A DNA stretch of 64,000 nucleotides from Candidatus Bilamarchaeaceae archaeon (GTDB lineage Archaea > Micrarchaeota > Micrarchaeia > Anstonellales > Bilamarchaeaceae): contig JAWCKZ010000004.1 in the NCBI GenBank assembly GCA_038851325.1, positions 5,160 to 69,159 of the forward strand. The letters run 5' to 3'. Positions 1 to 9,837 of the stretch are shown one piece after another. The notes below the pieces were generated by a model. That model had not been told where the DNA came from. It saw nothing but the letters and a program-made list of their open reading frames with translations, and did no database searches. Positions within the stretch are counted from its first letter, which is position 1. Every line of letters begins with the position of its first letter. The position numbers were made by a program, and so were the translations under genes.

Positions 1-589
1 GGTAATAAAAAACACACTCAAAGAGGACGAGGTTAAAAAGCTTCTTAGCGGCAAGGTTGTCGTTGAGGAAAAAATGGATGGAAAGCCAGTTTCTTTTGAG
101 ACAAGCGAGTATATTATATTCGCAGAAGATATGAAAAAGCAGCACAGCATCTTTTATGTTCTTCCGGGAAGGTATGCTATCTTCGATATATATGATAAAA
201 AAAGAAGGGTGTTTGTCTTTTCTGATGAGAAGCTTGAGCTTTCAAATGCCTTCAGGGAAGGAAAATTACAAGTCGACGGGATTTCTCCCGCACTATTCTT
301 TCCTGTTCCTGTCATCGCAACAGGAATTTTACGTATGGAAGACCTTCCTAAATTAATTGGGTTATCCGCATATGCATGCATCAAAAAAACTAGGGAAAAA
401 ACGCTTATGGAAGGAATAGTTGTAAAGCCTTATAGGGATCTCTTCCCAAAAGAATTTTTAAGCGGAAAACTTGTAAGAACTGAATTTGAAAAAGGAATAA
501 GAACGCATTATCTTCGGATGCATCCGCAATATAACATTATAGATCCATCCGTAAGGGTTATTGAGTTTCTCCCATCTCTATTTGTTTAA
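1..589 (+). CDS. ATP-dependent RNA ligase family protein (5'-truncated by window)
   Basis: Frame is open from position 2 (VIKNTLKEDEVKKLLSGKVVVEEKMDG). Nucleotidyltransferase motifs: I EEKMDG, III IFAE, IIIa AIFDI, IV MEGIVVK, V GKLV. The track ORF starts inside motif I. Confidence 0.8.
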   Translation, partial: VIKNTLKEDEVKKLLSGKVVVEEKMDGKPVSFETSEYIIFAEDMKKQHSIFYVLPGRYAIFDIYDKKRRVFVFSDEKLELSNAFREGKLQVDGISPALFFPVPVIATGILRMEDLPKLIGLSAYACIKKTREKTLMEGIVVKPYRDLFPKEFLSGKLVRTEFEKGIRTHYLRMHPQYNIIDPSVRVIEFLPSLFV

Positions 590-601
590 GTTCAACGAAT
601 T

Positions 602-640
602 GGTCTACGGATTTCAAGTAAGCACCAGCTTGACCGGTCT
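602..640. other. tRNA-Glu-matching intergenic element (tRNA relic or antisense guide/splint)
   Basis: GGTCTACGGA (602-611) and CTTGACCGGTCT (629-640) are exact reverse complements of two collinear segments of the spliced tRNA-Glu encoded at 60392-60650. Confidence 0.5.
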
Positions 641-683
641 TCATAGCTAAATTTATTAAAACCTCGAGGACCTATATTTTATC

Positions 684-1754
684 ATGAAAACAGGTTCGAT
701 GGAGTTACCGTTGCACATTGGCAAATGTCCCCCGTGGCTCTTTGCAAAAATGAAAGTGCTTGCAGGTAGTATATCAGAAATTATAATTGAAGAATATGGT
801 TCACGCGAATTCCTCTTCAGACTTTCCAACCCGCTTTTCTTTCAGGCATTTGGCTGTGCTCTTGGTTTTGACTGGCATTCAAGCGGCCTAACCACAACTG
901 TCTGTGGGGCATTAAAAGAGGGTATAAATGCAAATATTGGAATTGCTGTCTGCGGTGGGAAAGGAAAAACATCTCGTAAAACACCTGATGAGATCTTGAA
1001 GAAAAGCGAACGTTTGGGGATAAGCAGCAAAGAAACCGAAGCGCTAATAAAAGCGACTAGATTGAGCGCAAAGGTTGATAACAACTGCATTCAAGATGGA
1101 TATCAGCTTTATCACCATCTTTTTTTATTCGATGAACTCGGCAATTGGGCAGTTATTCAGCAGGGAATGAACGGCTTAAGAGGGTACGCGCGGAGATATC
1201 ATTGGTTTAACACAAAAAATTTTGTTGAAGCCCCACAGAACGAGATAATCGGATTTAAGGAAGAGGAGGTTCTGAACCTTGTAAGCCGGAATTCCGAGAA
1301 TACAAGAAAGGCGAGCGTAGACCTTGTAAGAGATAACCCAATACGGCTTCAAAAATATCTAAATGGACAAAGTGCGCTCTTTGGCAATTTTAGGATGCCG
1401 CAGAGGCATGAGATATTAGAATGCGATTTGACAAAGCGCGACTGGGAGATGCTGCATGCTGCGTATGAGTACCAACCGCAAAATTATGAGGAACTTGTTG
1501 CGCTTCGCGGTATTGGCGCCAAGAGTTTGAGAGCGCTTGCACTCCTCTCAAAGTTGATTTATGGCACAGAAGTTGATTGGAAGGATCCTATAAAATACTC
1601 TTTTGCTCACGGCGGCAAAGATGGGATACCTTATCCAGTTGAGAGGGAAATATACGATGAAAGCATAGAATTTCTAAGAGACGCTGTAACCGAAGCAAGG
1701 ATTGAAAAAAGAGAGAAACTAACGGCGCTCAAAAGATTAGAAGCCGTTTTCTGA
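684..1754 (+). CDS. DUF763 family protein
   Basis: LPLH.G..PPWL, FFQAFGC.LG.DWHSSG.TT, YQLYHH, QQGMN, ARRYHW and AHGGKDG.PYPV motifs. Confidence 0.9.
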   Translation: MKTGSMELPLHIGKCPPWLFAKMKVLAGSISEIIIEEYGSREFLFRLSNPLFFQAFGCALGFDWHSSGLTTTVCGALKEGINANIGIAVCGGKGKTSRKTPDEILKKSERLGISSKETEALIKATRLSAKVDNNCIQDGYQLYHHLFLFDELGNWAVIQQGMNGLRGYARRYHWFNTKNFVEAPQNEIIGFKEEEVLNLVSRNSENTRKASVDLVRDNPIRLQKYLNGQSALFGNFRMPQRHEILECDLTKRDWEMLHAAYEYQPQNYEELVALRGIGAKSLRALALLSKLIYGTEVDWKDPIKYSFAHGGKDGIPYPVEREIYDESIEFLRDAVTEARIEKREKLTALKRLEAVF

Positions 1755-1855
1755 TTCTAACCGCTATATAGCAGCAGCAATTTTGTTAGAAAATATGGAA
1801 TGAAAAGGTTTTTATATATCCTTATGTCTTATATATCCATAAAAAGTCATAAAAA

Positions 1856-3493
1856 ATGACTTTGGGAGAGTTTATGAAGGCAGGCATCCAAGAAAAACAC
1901 GAACAATCAGGATATGCTAAAGAGAAAAAGGGGAGCGACTTTGCAAAAAAGACACCGCTCTCCGAGTATCTCAAGAAACAGACAGAAACAGTGCTGGCTG
2001 ATGGAAGAGATCATATCAATGCACTCTACAAAGACGCTGCAGAACTCTGGAAGGAGAAAGCTGCTAAAGCGGACGGAAAACCAGTTTTCTACTTTATCGC
2101 GACATTCGACTGCGCTAGAGTCAATATGAAAAATTCTCTTCTAACAAGAAATGGTGGAGATGCATGCATAGCGGCATTCATAGATACCCAAACAGCAGCC
2201 GCTAAAGCGACATTCTGCGATTCGCAGAACAATGGAATTGATATGTTTAACATAAGGGTTTCTCAGTATTCAGATGAAACTGCAACACACGCGGCAGGTA
2301 ATGCCATTAGTCCCTATACCGCTAAAGTATTTACTGAAAATCTTGCTGCCGCAAAGGAAAGAATTTATAGAGAAAGGGAGAATTACAAATTTGAAGTTGT
2401 TGTAGGCGAAGGAAAAGAAGCAAAAAAGTTGAAGTTGAACCTGCACGCTGCATCTATTGTTTTCAAGCATCCAGAGGTAGTAACCGCTTATAACATGAAA
2501 GGCCCGGTTGTCGAAAGAGTTTTGCCCAAAGAACAAAATGATTTCATAAAGGAGAAAATAAAGACGATGGAGGGCGAAAAGCCATGGATGCATGCGCTAC
2601 CACGCGACTTAAGGTTTGAAAGCGGTAGAGTAGACATCCACACTGAGCTTGATGACGCATCAGCGGAAGAGCTCAAAAACGGCGGAGTTGTTATTCAACT
2701 TAAGTACGCCCTAAAAGATCAAAAGCACATCAAAAGCCTTTTTAGAATTCTTAATGATGGGTGGGACGGGAATGGAGCGAAAGGTCTTAGAAAATGTTAT
2801 TCCGCCATCATATCAAACAGCTACGCATTAACAGGACTTAATACGATATGGGGAAATGCATTTGGTAACGCCCTTACATCCGCAGGGCTTCATGGGGTGG
2901 AACGATTTAAAGAAGATACGGGCATCGTCATAAAAAGAATTCCTGGTTCATATTATCACTATCACGCAAATATGAACATCTCAGAATGGGAAAGGTATGA
3001 AGATAGATTAATAAAGGCGATTCTTGGAACAATTCAGGCTAAACCTACAGAAGTAAATGAAGAAGGGCGTATCGTGCACACGCCTTTCTACCCGCAACTT
3101 ACTGTCATCGAATCAGTGGGAAAAAACATGGATGAATTGAGAGCGCTTTTTACCTTGAAATCACTCGGAAAGCATCTCCCGGCAGATGCGCTCGCCAGGG
3201 CAGATTTTCTTGTGAATTTTATAGACAATATAAAAGGCAGTGAGGATGGAACGCCAATAAAGGAGAAGATGCTGGAAGAGGTTGGTATAAGCAAAGAAGA
3301 AATGAATGCTATAAACATTATCTACAGATATTGTACTAACTATAGAACGGTTCGGGATGCGCAAGACCTAATCTGGGTGTTGAGATTGAATAGAGAAGAA
3401 GCGCTCGAGCGCGTGTTCTGGCAAATTGCCCTTGAGAAAGGAAAAAAGCTGCAAGAGGCGTTTCTGCTTAAGATTGCGCAGCTCGTATACTAG
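1856..3493 (+). CDS. Hypothetical protein with two degenerate GGDEF/palm-like segments
   Basis: 545-aa ORF with upstream TTTTATATA box. D-x7-N-x7-GD spacing (DCARVNMKNSLLTRNGGD), then RVSQYSDE. Second copy LNTIWGNAFGN...KRIPGS. Confidence 0.6.
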   Translation: MTLGEFMKAGIQEKHEQSGYAKEKKGSDFAKKTPLSEYLKKQTETVLADGRDHINALYKDAAELWKEKAAKADGKPVFYFIATFDCARVNMKNSLLTRNGGDACIAAFIDTQTAAAKATFCDSQNNGIDMFNIRVSQYSDETATHAAGNAISPYTAKVFTENLAAAKERIYRERENYKFEVVVGEGKEAKKLKLNLHAASIVFKHPEVVTAYNMKGPVVERVLPKEQNDFIKEKIKTMEGEKPWMHALPRDLRFESGRVDIHTELDDASAEELKNGGVVIQLKYALKDQKHIKSLFRILNDGWDGNGAKGLRKCYSAIISNSYALTGLNTIWGNAFGNALTSAGLHGVERFKEDTGIVIKRIPGSYYHYHANMNISEWERYEDRLIKAILGTIQAKPTEVNEEGRIVHTPFYPQLTVIESVGKNMDELRALFTLKSLGKHLPADALARADFLVNFIDNIKGSEDGTPIKEKMLEEVGISKEEMNAINIIYRYCTNYRTVRDAQDLIWVLRLNREEALERVFWQIALEKGKKLQEAFLLKIAQLVY

Positions 3494-3495
3494 GT

Positions 3496-4170
3496 TCATT
3501 TTCCAAGCGAGTTAGAGCGATCATAAGAGCCGTTCTTAACAGCAGCAATGCAATCGTTTTCTATTTCTTCAATTGACTTAAACTCAATGCCGTATTTCTT
3601 GCAATCTTCTTCAATAGCATTGTAAGAAGACGAGAGATTACACGCAATGTATGCTCTAAGACCTTCCTCTACGCTTATACGCTTCTTATGTATCATGTAA
3701 GTATCAGATTGCATTACGCGTATTCGATAGATCACGTTCTTCGGTAAGAGTAAATTTTCTTTTTCATCACGATAGCAATTGTCTTTTTTTGGAAGTTCAA
3801 AGCAGCCTTCTGTTATCCAATTGTTTGCTCTCGCAATAGAGAAATCAATCATGAAAAGCGTTGGAAGGTCCTTTTCTTTCTCGGCTTTTGGAATAAGGGA
3901 ATTCCATGCCATTACAAGCTGAAGAACAGCGTCAACCTTTGTTAATTCGAGAACTAATTGTTTTTCTGTGATCTCTTTGTTTTTAAAATACTCGATTATC
4001 GCTGAGCGATATTCTCTGGCCTGCTTCTCCATCTCGGGAATAAGATCTCTGTTCAAAACGGCTTTTTGAAGAACATCTGGGGTCGGCTCAAGAGAAGCAG
4101 CCCACCTACGATGAGAACTATATAAATCCCGCCTTGCTTTGTCCGCACTCTTATAAACCGGACCAGCCAT
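3496..4170 (-). CDS. Hypothetical protein
   Basis: 224-aa ORF, purine-rich RBS (GAGGGAG); no recognised motif. Confidence 0.6.
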   Translation of the reverse strand: MAGPVYKSADKARRDLYSSHRRWAASLEPTPDVLQKAVLNRDLIPEMEKQAREYRSAIIEYFKNKEITEKQLVLELTKVDAVLQLVMAWNSLIPKAEKEKDLPTLFMIDFSIARANNWITEGCFELPKKDNCYRDEKENLLLPKNVIYRIRVMQSDTYMIHKKRISVEEGLRAYIACNLSSSYNAIEEDCKKYGIEFKSIEEIENDCIAAVKNGSYDRSNSLGK

Positions 4171-4216
4171 TATCTCCCTCTTTAAATTCTTTCTTCAACA
4201 GAAATACTTAATACTT

Positions 4217-4249
4217 TCTTATATTCTCTCTTATATTCTCTCTTATATT
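4217..4249. repeat. Short tandem repeat (TCTTATATTCTC x2.75)
   Basis: Read directly from sequence. Confidence 0.8.
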
Positions 4250-4314
4250 TTTACACTTATCACGCCTTACACATTTGTACATTTAATAAGAAAAATATAT
4301 AAAGGTGCGCACTT

Positions 4315-5589
4315 TTACAAAAGTCTTGCTGCAAGTGCCTCTGCTGCGCCTTTTGCTTCTTCGTTTATTGCTTCTTCGTCTAAAGTAAGTACTTTTTTGT
4401 CCTTCATAACTATTTTGCCGTTTATGATAACATCACTAACGTTCTGCGGGCCTCCAGAGTAAACAATATTTGCAACCAAATCGTATTCTGGAAGAAGATT
4501 ACCGCTTCTCTCAAGCAAAACAATGTCTGCGAGTTTTCCTTTTTCTATGCCCCCGCTGTTCAGTCCAAGCGCTCTTGCGCCATTTTTTGTACCAAACTCA
4601 AATATCTTTCTGAGCGGGATGGCATCTGCTTTCCAGTACTGATGCTTTTGAAGAAGTGCGGCAATTTTCATGCTCTCAAACATGTTGAGAGAGTTATTAC
4701 TAGCAGCACTATCTGTGCCTATCGTCACATTTGCTCCTGCAGCATCGAACTCACTTATCGGACATATTCCACCAGTTGCCAGTTTGAGATTGCTAACCGG
4801 GCAGTGACTAATACTTGCACCTTTTTTTCCTGCGAGCGCAATCTCCCGCGTTGTTACCCATCCAGCATGCGCAAATATGCTGTTCTCATCAACGAGCCCA
4901 AGGGAATCCATATATTCGAACGGATATTTTCTCTTTGTGTTCAATATATCAAATACCTCCTTTCTCGTTTCGCTTAGATGAATATGAAACTTTAGACCCT
5001 CTCTGTTTGCCAACTCTTTTGCGTTGATGAGTAGTTCCTCGCTGCAAGTATACGGCGCGTGACAGGAGACGATTGGAATTACGAGGTCGTTTGTGCCTTT
5101 CCATTTCTTGACAAATTCTGTAGCTGCGGAAAGCTCTTTTTTCGTTTCTCTACCAGGCACCAAATCAAACATTGCGCGTGGAACAGATATACGAATTCCA
5201 GCCTCGAGTGCTGCCTTTACGGTCTCTTCAACATAGTAAATGTACATGTCGTTGAAAGCAGTAACCCCGCTTTTTATACATTCAATAATACCGAGTAGGG
5301 AACCCCATCGTACATCTTTTGCAGATAGCCTCGCTTCCGCGGGCCATATTTTTTTCTGAAGCCACTCGTGTAGTGGAAGGTCTTCACCGTATCCACGAAG
5401 GAGCGTCATTGCTATGTGGGTATGAGTATTTACAAGTCCAGGAATCGCGATCTTTCCTCTTGCGTCTATCGTTTCCTCAGTCCTTTCCTCTATGTTTTTT
5501 CCGATCTCTTCTATTCTGTTTTCAACTATCAAAATGTCTCCTTTGAATATCTTCTCGGCAACGATCGTCGCATCTTTAATTAAAATCAT
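4315..5589 (-). CDS. mtaD: 5'-methylthioadenosine/S-adenosylhomocysteine deaminase (amidohydrolase family)
   Basis: PGLVNTHTH, HAPYTCS, HIHLSET, HCPVSNLKLA, GTDSAASNNSL motifs. Confidence 0.8.
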   Translation of the reverse strand: MILIKDATIVAEKIFKGDILIVENRIEEIGKNIEERTEETIDARGKIAIPGLVNTHTHIAMTLLRGYGEDLPLHEWLQKKIWPAEARLSAKDVRWGSLLGIIECIKSGVTAFNDMYIYYVEETVKAALEAGIRISVPRAMFDLVPGRETKKELSAATEFVKKWKGTNDLVIPIVSCHAPYTCSEELLINAKELANREGLKFHIHLSETRKEVFDILNTKRKYPFEYMDSLGLVDENSIFAHAGWVTTREIALAGKKGASISHCPVSNLKLATGGICPISEFDAAGANVTIGTDSAASNNSLNMFESMKIAALLQKHQYWKADAIPLRKIFEFGTKNGARALGLNSGGIEKGKLADIVLLERSGNLLPEYDLVANIVYSGGPQNVSDVIINGKIVMKDKKVLTLDEEAINEEAKGAAEALAARLL

Positions 5590-5667
5590 GTGAAAAATTA
5601 GATGATTAAAATTAAAACTTTTTGGCGCACCGCAAGTTTTTTAAAATGTTATATAACATAGTATATC

Positions 5668-6261
5668 ATGGTTAAAATTTCGAGTGCAAAACCCCCAATC
5701 GCCGGAAAGAATGCAGTCCCACCGATTGCTCGATATATACTTCCGTTGGAAAAAGATGCTATCATGAAACGTGGTCCACTCATAAGTATGCACACTGAAA
5801 GTTGTGTGTCTGAACCTGTTGAAAAAAAGACAACTATTTACAGTCCTACATTTGAACTTAGAAAAAAATATGTGTTAGACAATGCGCATGACAAAACTGA
5901 AGAAAGAATACTTACGCTTACCAAGATAGAAAGCGTCAATTTAGGGCTCGAAATTACTAAAGATCGCGCGCCGGTGTTTTTCATAAGAAATGAAAAGAAT
6001 ACAAATGAATTCAAAGTGCCTTATGGGCTATTTATTGAGCTAAGGCCAGACTTAGTTTCACGTCTCATCGATTTAAACCTACCAGAAATTCATTTATATT
6101 CGATATTTAGAACCGGAGAATTCAACCAGGTATTAAAGCCGCTTGCAGTTCAGCTTCTTCAAAAAATTAAATATCCAATTCTTAATACCAGGGTATTCAT
6201 GCAAAAAGCTTCGATGGTGTTTAATGTTTCACAGATAGATAGAGTAGAGATAATAGATTAA
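5668..6261 (+). CDS. Hypothetical protein
   Basis: 197-aa ORF with TTTTAAAA box about 22 nt upstream. Confidence 0.6.
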   Translation: MVKISSAKPPIAGKNAVPPIARYILPLEKDAIMKRGPLISMHTESCVSEPVEKKTTIYSPTFELRKKYVLDNAHDKTEERILTLTKIESVNLGLEITKDRAPVFFIRNEKNTNEFKVPYGLFIELRPDLVSRLIDLNLPEIHLYSIFRTGEFNQVLKPLAVQLLQKIKYPILNTRVFMQKASMVFNVSQIDRVEIID

Positions 6262-6276
6262 TCAAAAACGATAGTC

Positions 6277-7020
6277 TCAACCATAGTGCGTCGTCTTAAA
6301 TTCTCGTATTACTTCTTCAAGTTCCTTTTTTAGTTTTTTGCGCTTTCCCTCGCTTATTTTTATTGTATGGATTTTTTCGCTCCATTTCCCTATGGCCGCC
6401 ATTATTCTCTGGAACGTCCTTTCGTTATCTGTATACTTTGCGTACTGAAGAAGAGCAGAAAGAGCATACGGTGAATTTGATTCTCCGAGCGCGTTTATTA
6501 TAGAATTTCTCAGCATCAAATGGGCCTCTGTCTCTATTGCTGAGACTCTGCTGTAATGATATGTAAGCAGCTTTGCTGCGTCGTCGTTCTCGCTCATTTT
6601 ACCTAGAAGTGTTATTATTTCCATTAGCCCTTCCGCAGACGTGTTGTAGTTGAACATAGCCCTATAGACTTCCATCCTTAATCGCGCTGGCTCATCGTGC
6701 GGATTTTTTGCTTTAAAGTAATCATAAACATGAACAGTCTTGAACTCAAAATATTGAGAGAGTGACTCATGAAGCATAAAGAGAATGAGCTGTCTAACGG
6801 TTTCATTTCCATCCTTGTAAAGTTTCAAAATATTTGTTACTGCTTCATTTTTAGAGTCCTCGTCCACTGCTACAGGATAAAATTTCAACGAAAAAATATT
6901 TTTCTCTATGTCTTTTACGATTTCGTCCATCGACTTCTCTGGAGATCTTTCGGTTTGTTTCTCTGTCTTTTTTTCTTCTTGCTCCCTCTCTCCCATAATA
7001 CTCACGTCCTTGCCGTGCAT
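6277..7020 (-). CDS. Hypothetical helical/HEAT-like protein
   Basis: 247-aa ORF; LRNSIINALGESNSPYALSALL is HEAT/PBS-lyase-like. Confidence 0.65.
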   Translation of the reverse strand: MHGKDVSIMGEREQEEKKTEKQTERSPEKSMDEIVKDIEKNIFSLKFYPVAVDEDSKNEAVTNILKLYKDGNETVRQLILFMLHESLSQYFEFKTVHVYDYFKAKNPHDEPARLRMEVYRAMFNYNTSAEGLMEIITLLGKMSENDDAAKLLTYHYSRVSAIETEAHLMLRNSIINALGESNSPYALSALLQYAKYTDNERTFQRIMAAIGKWSEKIHTIKISEGKRKKLKKELEEVIREFKTTHYG

Positions 7021-7090
7021 CCAATCGCACGTACGTGTTAAGTAAAAAGAAGATCATGAATTTAAAAAGATTATCTAACACCCAATATTC

Positions 7091-9829
7091 ATGAATTTTC
7101 AAGAAATCGATGCCAAGTGGAATAGAATATGGCAGGAGAAAAAGTGTTTTGATGCAGAACCGAACGAAAAAAAGAAAAAGCTTATAACCGCTGCGTTTCC
7201 GTATCCAAATTCTCCACAGCACATCGGCCATGGAAGGACATACACAACTACGGATGTGTACGCTCGTTATCTCAGGCTCAAAGGCTATAATGTGCTCTTC
7301 CCAATGGCTTTTCATGTCACCGGTACTCCGATCATAGCAATGGCTCAGCGGATTGCAAGCCGAGACCAAGAGATCATAAAGATTTTTTCCGAAATTTACG
7401 GCATTAGCAAGGAAAAAACAAAAACCCTTACTGACCCTGAAAAACTTGTGCTATATTTTTCCCATGAGATTGAACAAGGAATGCGGGAGATGGGATACAG
7501 CATAGACTGGAGAAGAAAGTTTTACACCTTTGATCGGAAGTTTAATGCATTTATTCAATGGCAATTCAGAAAATTAAAAGAACTTGGCTATTTAGTGAAA
7601 GGAGAGTATCCAATTGCGTGGTGCCCGAACGATAGACAGGCTGTTAGCGCGCATGATACAAAAGGGGATATAGACCCTGAGCTTGAACAGGTAACTGTGA
7701 TAAAATTTCCTGCGGATGATGGAAGCGGCTCATTTGTTGTTACCACTTATAGACCAGAAACTGTTTATGGCGTGACTAACATCTGGATAAACCCAAATGG
7801 AGAGTATGTAAGAGCAAAATTAAACGGAGAAATTGTGTATATCGCAAAAAAAGCAGCAGAGATGATTGGTTACCAAGTCGAAATGGATATCCTTCAAGGT
7901 GTTAAAGCAGAACAGCTTCTGCGTGTGAAAGCAAAGAATCCTATGACTGGTTCTGTCGTTCCGATTTATCCTGCTACATTCGTGAAGGAAGATGTAGGTA
8001 CAGGAATAGTGATGTCGGTTCCAGCGCACGCGCCCTATGATTATCTTGCACTTCGCGACCTTGGAAAGGGCGATATAGAGATGCCACAGGTTATCGAACT
8101 TCCTGGTTACGGAAAGGCGCCGGCACGAGAGGTTGTTGAACGGATGGGGGTAAAAAATCAAGATGACCCAATGGCGGAGAACGCAACAAATGAGGTTTAT
8201 AAAAAAGAAGCACATGAAGGCAGAATGGCCGTAGGAAAATACAAAGGAATGCCTGTCATCCAAGCGAAGGAAAAAGTTGCAGAAGATCTTATTTCTGAAA
8301 ACAACGCATTAAAGATATACACGATTGCTAACGCTCCTCTATATTGCAGATGCGGAGAGAGAGTTATTGTGAATATTCTTAAGGATCAGTGGTTTATTGA
8401 TTATGGAAATCTGGAATGGAAGGAGAGAACACGAAACTGTCTCTCGAAGATGCGGATTTTGCCTGAGGAAACCCGCGCAGCCCTTCTCGCAACCATTGAT
8501 TGGTTAAAGACAAAGCCATGCACGCGTGCAAAAGGACTTGGCACAAGATTCCCGTTTGATGAAAGCAAGGTAATAGAGGCGCTCTCGGACTCAACGATAT
8601 ATACAGCATACTACACGATAGCACATTTACTCTCTTCCTTCGATGAAAAAGAAATAAACGACGCGCTCTTCGATTATGTATTTCTAGGAAAAGGGAAAAA
8701 GAAAAAAGAATGGGAGCCACTTAGAAAAAGTTTTCTCTATTGGTATCCAGTCGATTCCAGGCATAGCGCAGGGGATTTGATAAGAAATCATCTTGCACTT
8801 TTCATCTTTAATCATACAGCGATATTTCCAGAAGAACACTGGCCAAAGCAGATAGTAACAAATGGTTTTGTGTTAATGGACGGCGCAAAGATGAGCAAAA
8901 GCATGGGAAACATACTACCGTTAAGAAAAGCCATTGCAGAGTATGGCGCGGATGTTATTCGTCTTTCAGTAGTATGTGGAGCTGACCTCCTCCATGATAC
9001 TGACTTCAACAGAAGTGTCGCTGATGGAATAAGAAGCAGACTGCTGTATTTCGAAGAATTACTAAAACGCTGCGATGAACGCAGTGAGAGACAACAGATA
9101 GACGCATGGTTATTGTCAAAACTTAACAGGAGGTTGAAGAGAGCAGAAGCACTTTATGAAGCAGTGGATTTAAGAGGGGTTGCAATGGAGCTCTTTTACG
9201 AGCTCACAAACGACTTGAAGTGGTACGCAAGAAGAACAAAGACGATGAATTTAAGAGAGTTCTTCGAAAAGTGGACAACCGCAATTTCCCCGTTTGTACC
9301 GCATATTGCAGAAGAGTTCTGGGAAGCTCTTGATAAGAAAGGGCTCATTGTGGAGCAGGAATTCCCAGCGGTAGACGAAAAGGCAATAGATGATAAGCTG
9401 GAAAGAGCAGAGGAGTTCATAGCACAGACGGCAGAGGATATAAATAGGATAATGGAGCTCATCGGGGCAAAAATGGGGAAAAAACCAGAGAGGATAACGC
9501 TTTGTGTGGCTGATGAGTGGAAACGCAGACTCTACAAAATAGCGAAAGAGCAGAAGGAAATTGGAAAGATAATGGCTGCTGCAAGGACAGATCCTGTGCT
9601 TGCACAGCATATGAAAGAGCTTCCAACTATTGCAAAACAAATAATAAAAAATATTCACACACTACCCGAACCCATGTCTGAGGAAGCTGAACTTGCGATA
9701 CTTAATGAAGCAGCAGAATTTTTTGAACGAGAGAGCGGTTGCACCATAATTGTCGAGAGGGAAAATGTCGTGGCGCATGAAAGAGCAAAAAATGCGATGC
9801 CGAACAAGCCTGCGATCATCATCGTTTGA
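7091..9829 (+). CDS. leuS: Leucine--tRNA ligase (archaeal type)
   Basis: AFPYPN..QHIGH, TTYRPET editing domain, GTGIVMSVPAHAPYD, KMSKS. Confidence 0.97.
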   Translation: MNFQEIDAKWNRIWQEKKCFDAEPNEKKKKLITAAFPYPNSPQHIGHGRTYTTTDVYARYLRLKGYNVLFPMAFHVTGTPIIAMAQRIASRDQEIIKIFSEIYGISKEKTKTLTDPEKLVLYFSHEIEQGMREMGYSIDWRRKFYTFDRKFNAFIQWQFRKLKELGYLVKGEYPIAWCPNDRQAVSAHDTKGDIDPELEQVTVIKFPADDGSGSFVVTTYRPETVYGVTNIWINPNGEYVRAKLNGEIVYIAKKAAEMIGYQVEMDILQGVKAEQLLRVKAKNPMTGSVVPIYPATFVKEDVGTGIVMSVPAHAPYDYLALRDLGKGDIEMPQVIELPGYGKAPAREVVERMGVKNQDDPMAENATNEVYKKEAHEGRMAVGKYKGMPVIQAKEKVAEDLISENNALKIYTIANAPLYCRCGERVIVNILKDQWFIDYGNLEWKERTRNCLSKMRILPEETRAALLATIDWLKTKPCTRAKGLGTRFPFDESKVIEALSDSTIYTAYYTIAHLLSSFDEKEINDALFDYVFLGKGKKKKEWEPLRKSFLYWYPVDSRHSAGDLIRNHLALFIFNHTAIFPEEHWPKQIVTNGFVLMDGAKMSKSMGNILPLRKAIAEYGADVIRLSVVCGADLLHDTDFNRSVADGIRSRLLYFEELLKRCDERSERQQIDAWLLSKLNRRLKRAEALYEAVDLRGVAMELFYELTNDLKWYARRTKTMNLREFFEKWTTAISPFVPHIAEEFWEALDKKGLIVEQEFPAVDEKAIDDKLERAEEFIAQTAEDINRIMELIGAKMGKKPERITLCVADEWKRRLYKIAKEQKEIGKIMAAARTDPVLAQHMKELPTIAKQIIKNIHTLPEPMSEEAELAILNEAAEFFERESGCTIIVERENVVAHERAKNAMPNKPAIIIV

Positions 9830-9837
9830 TAGAATTG

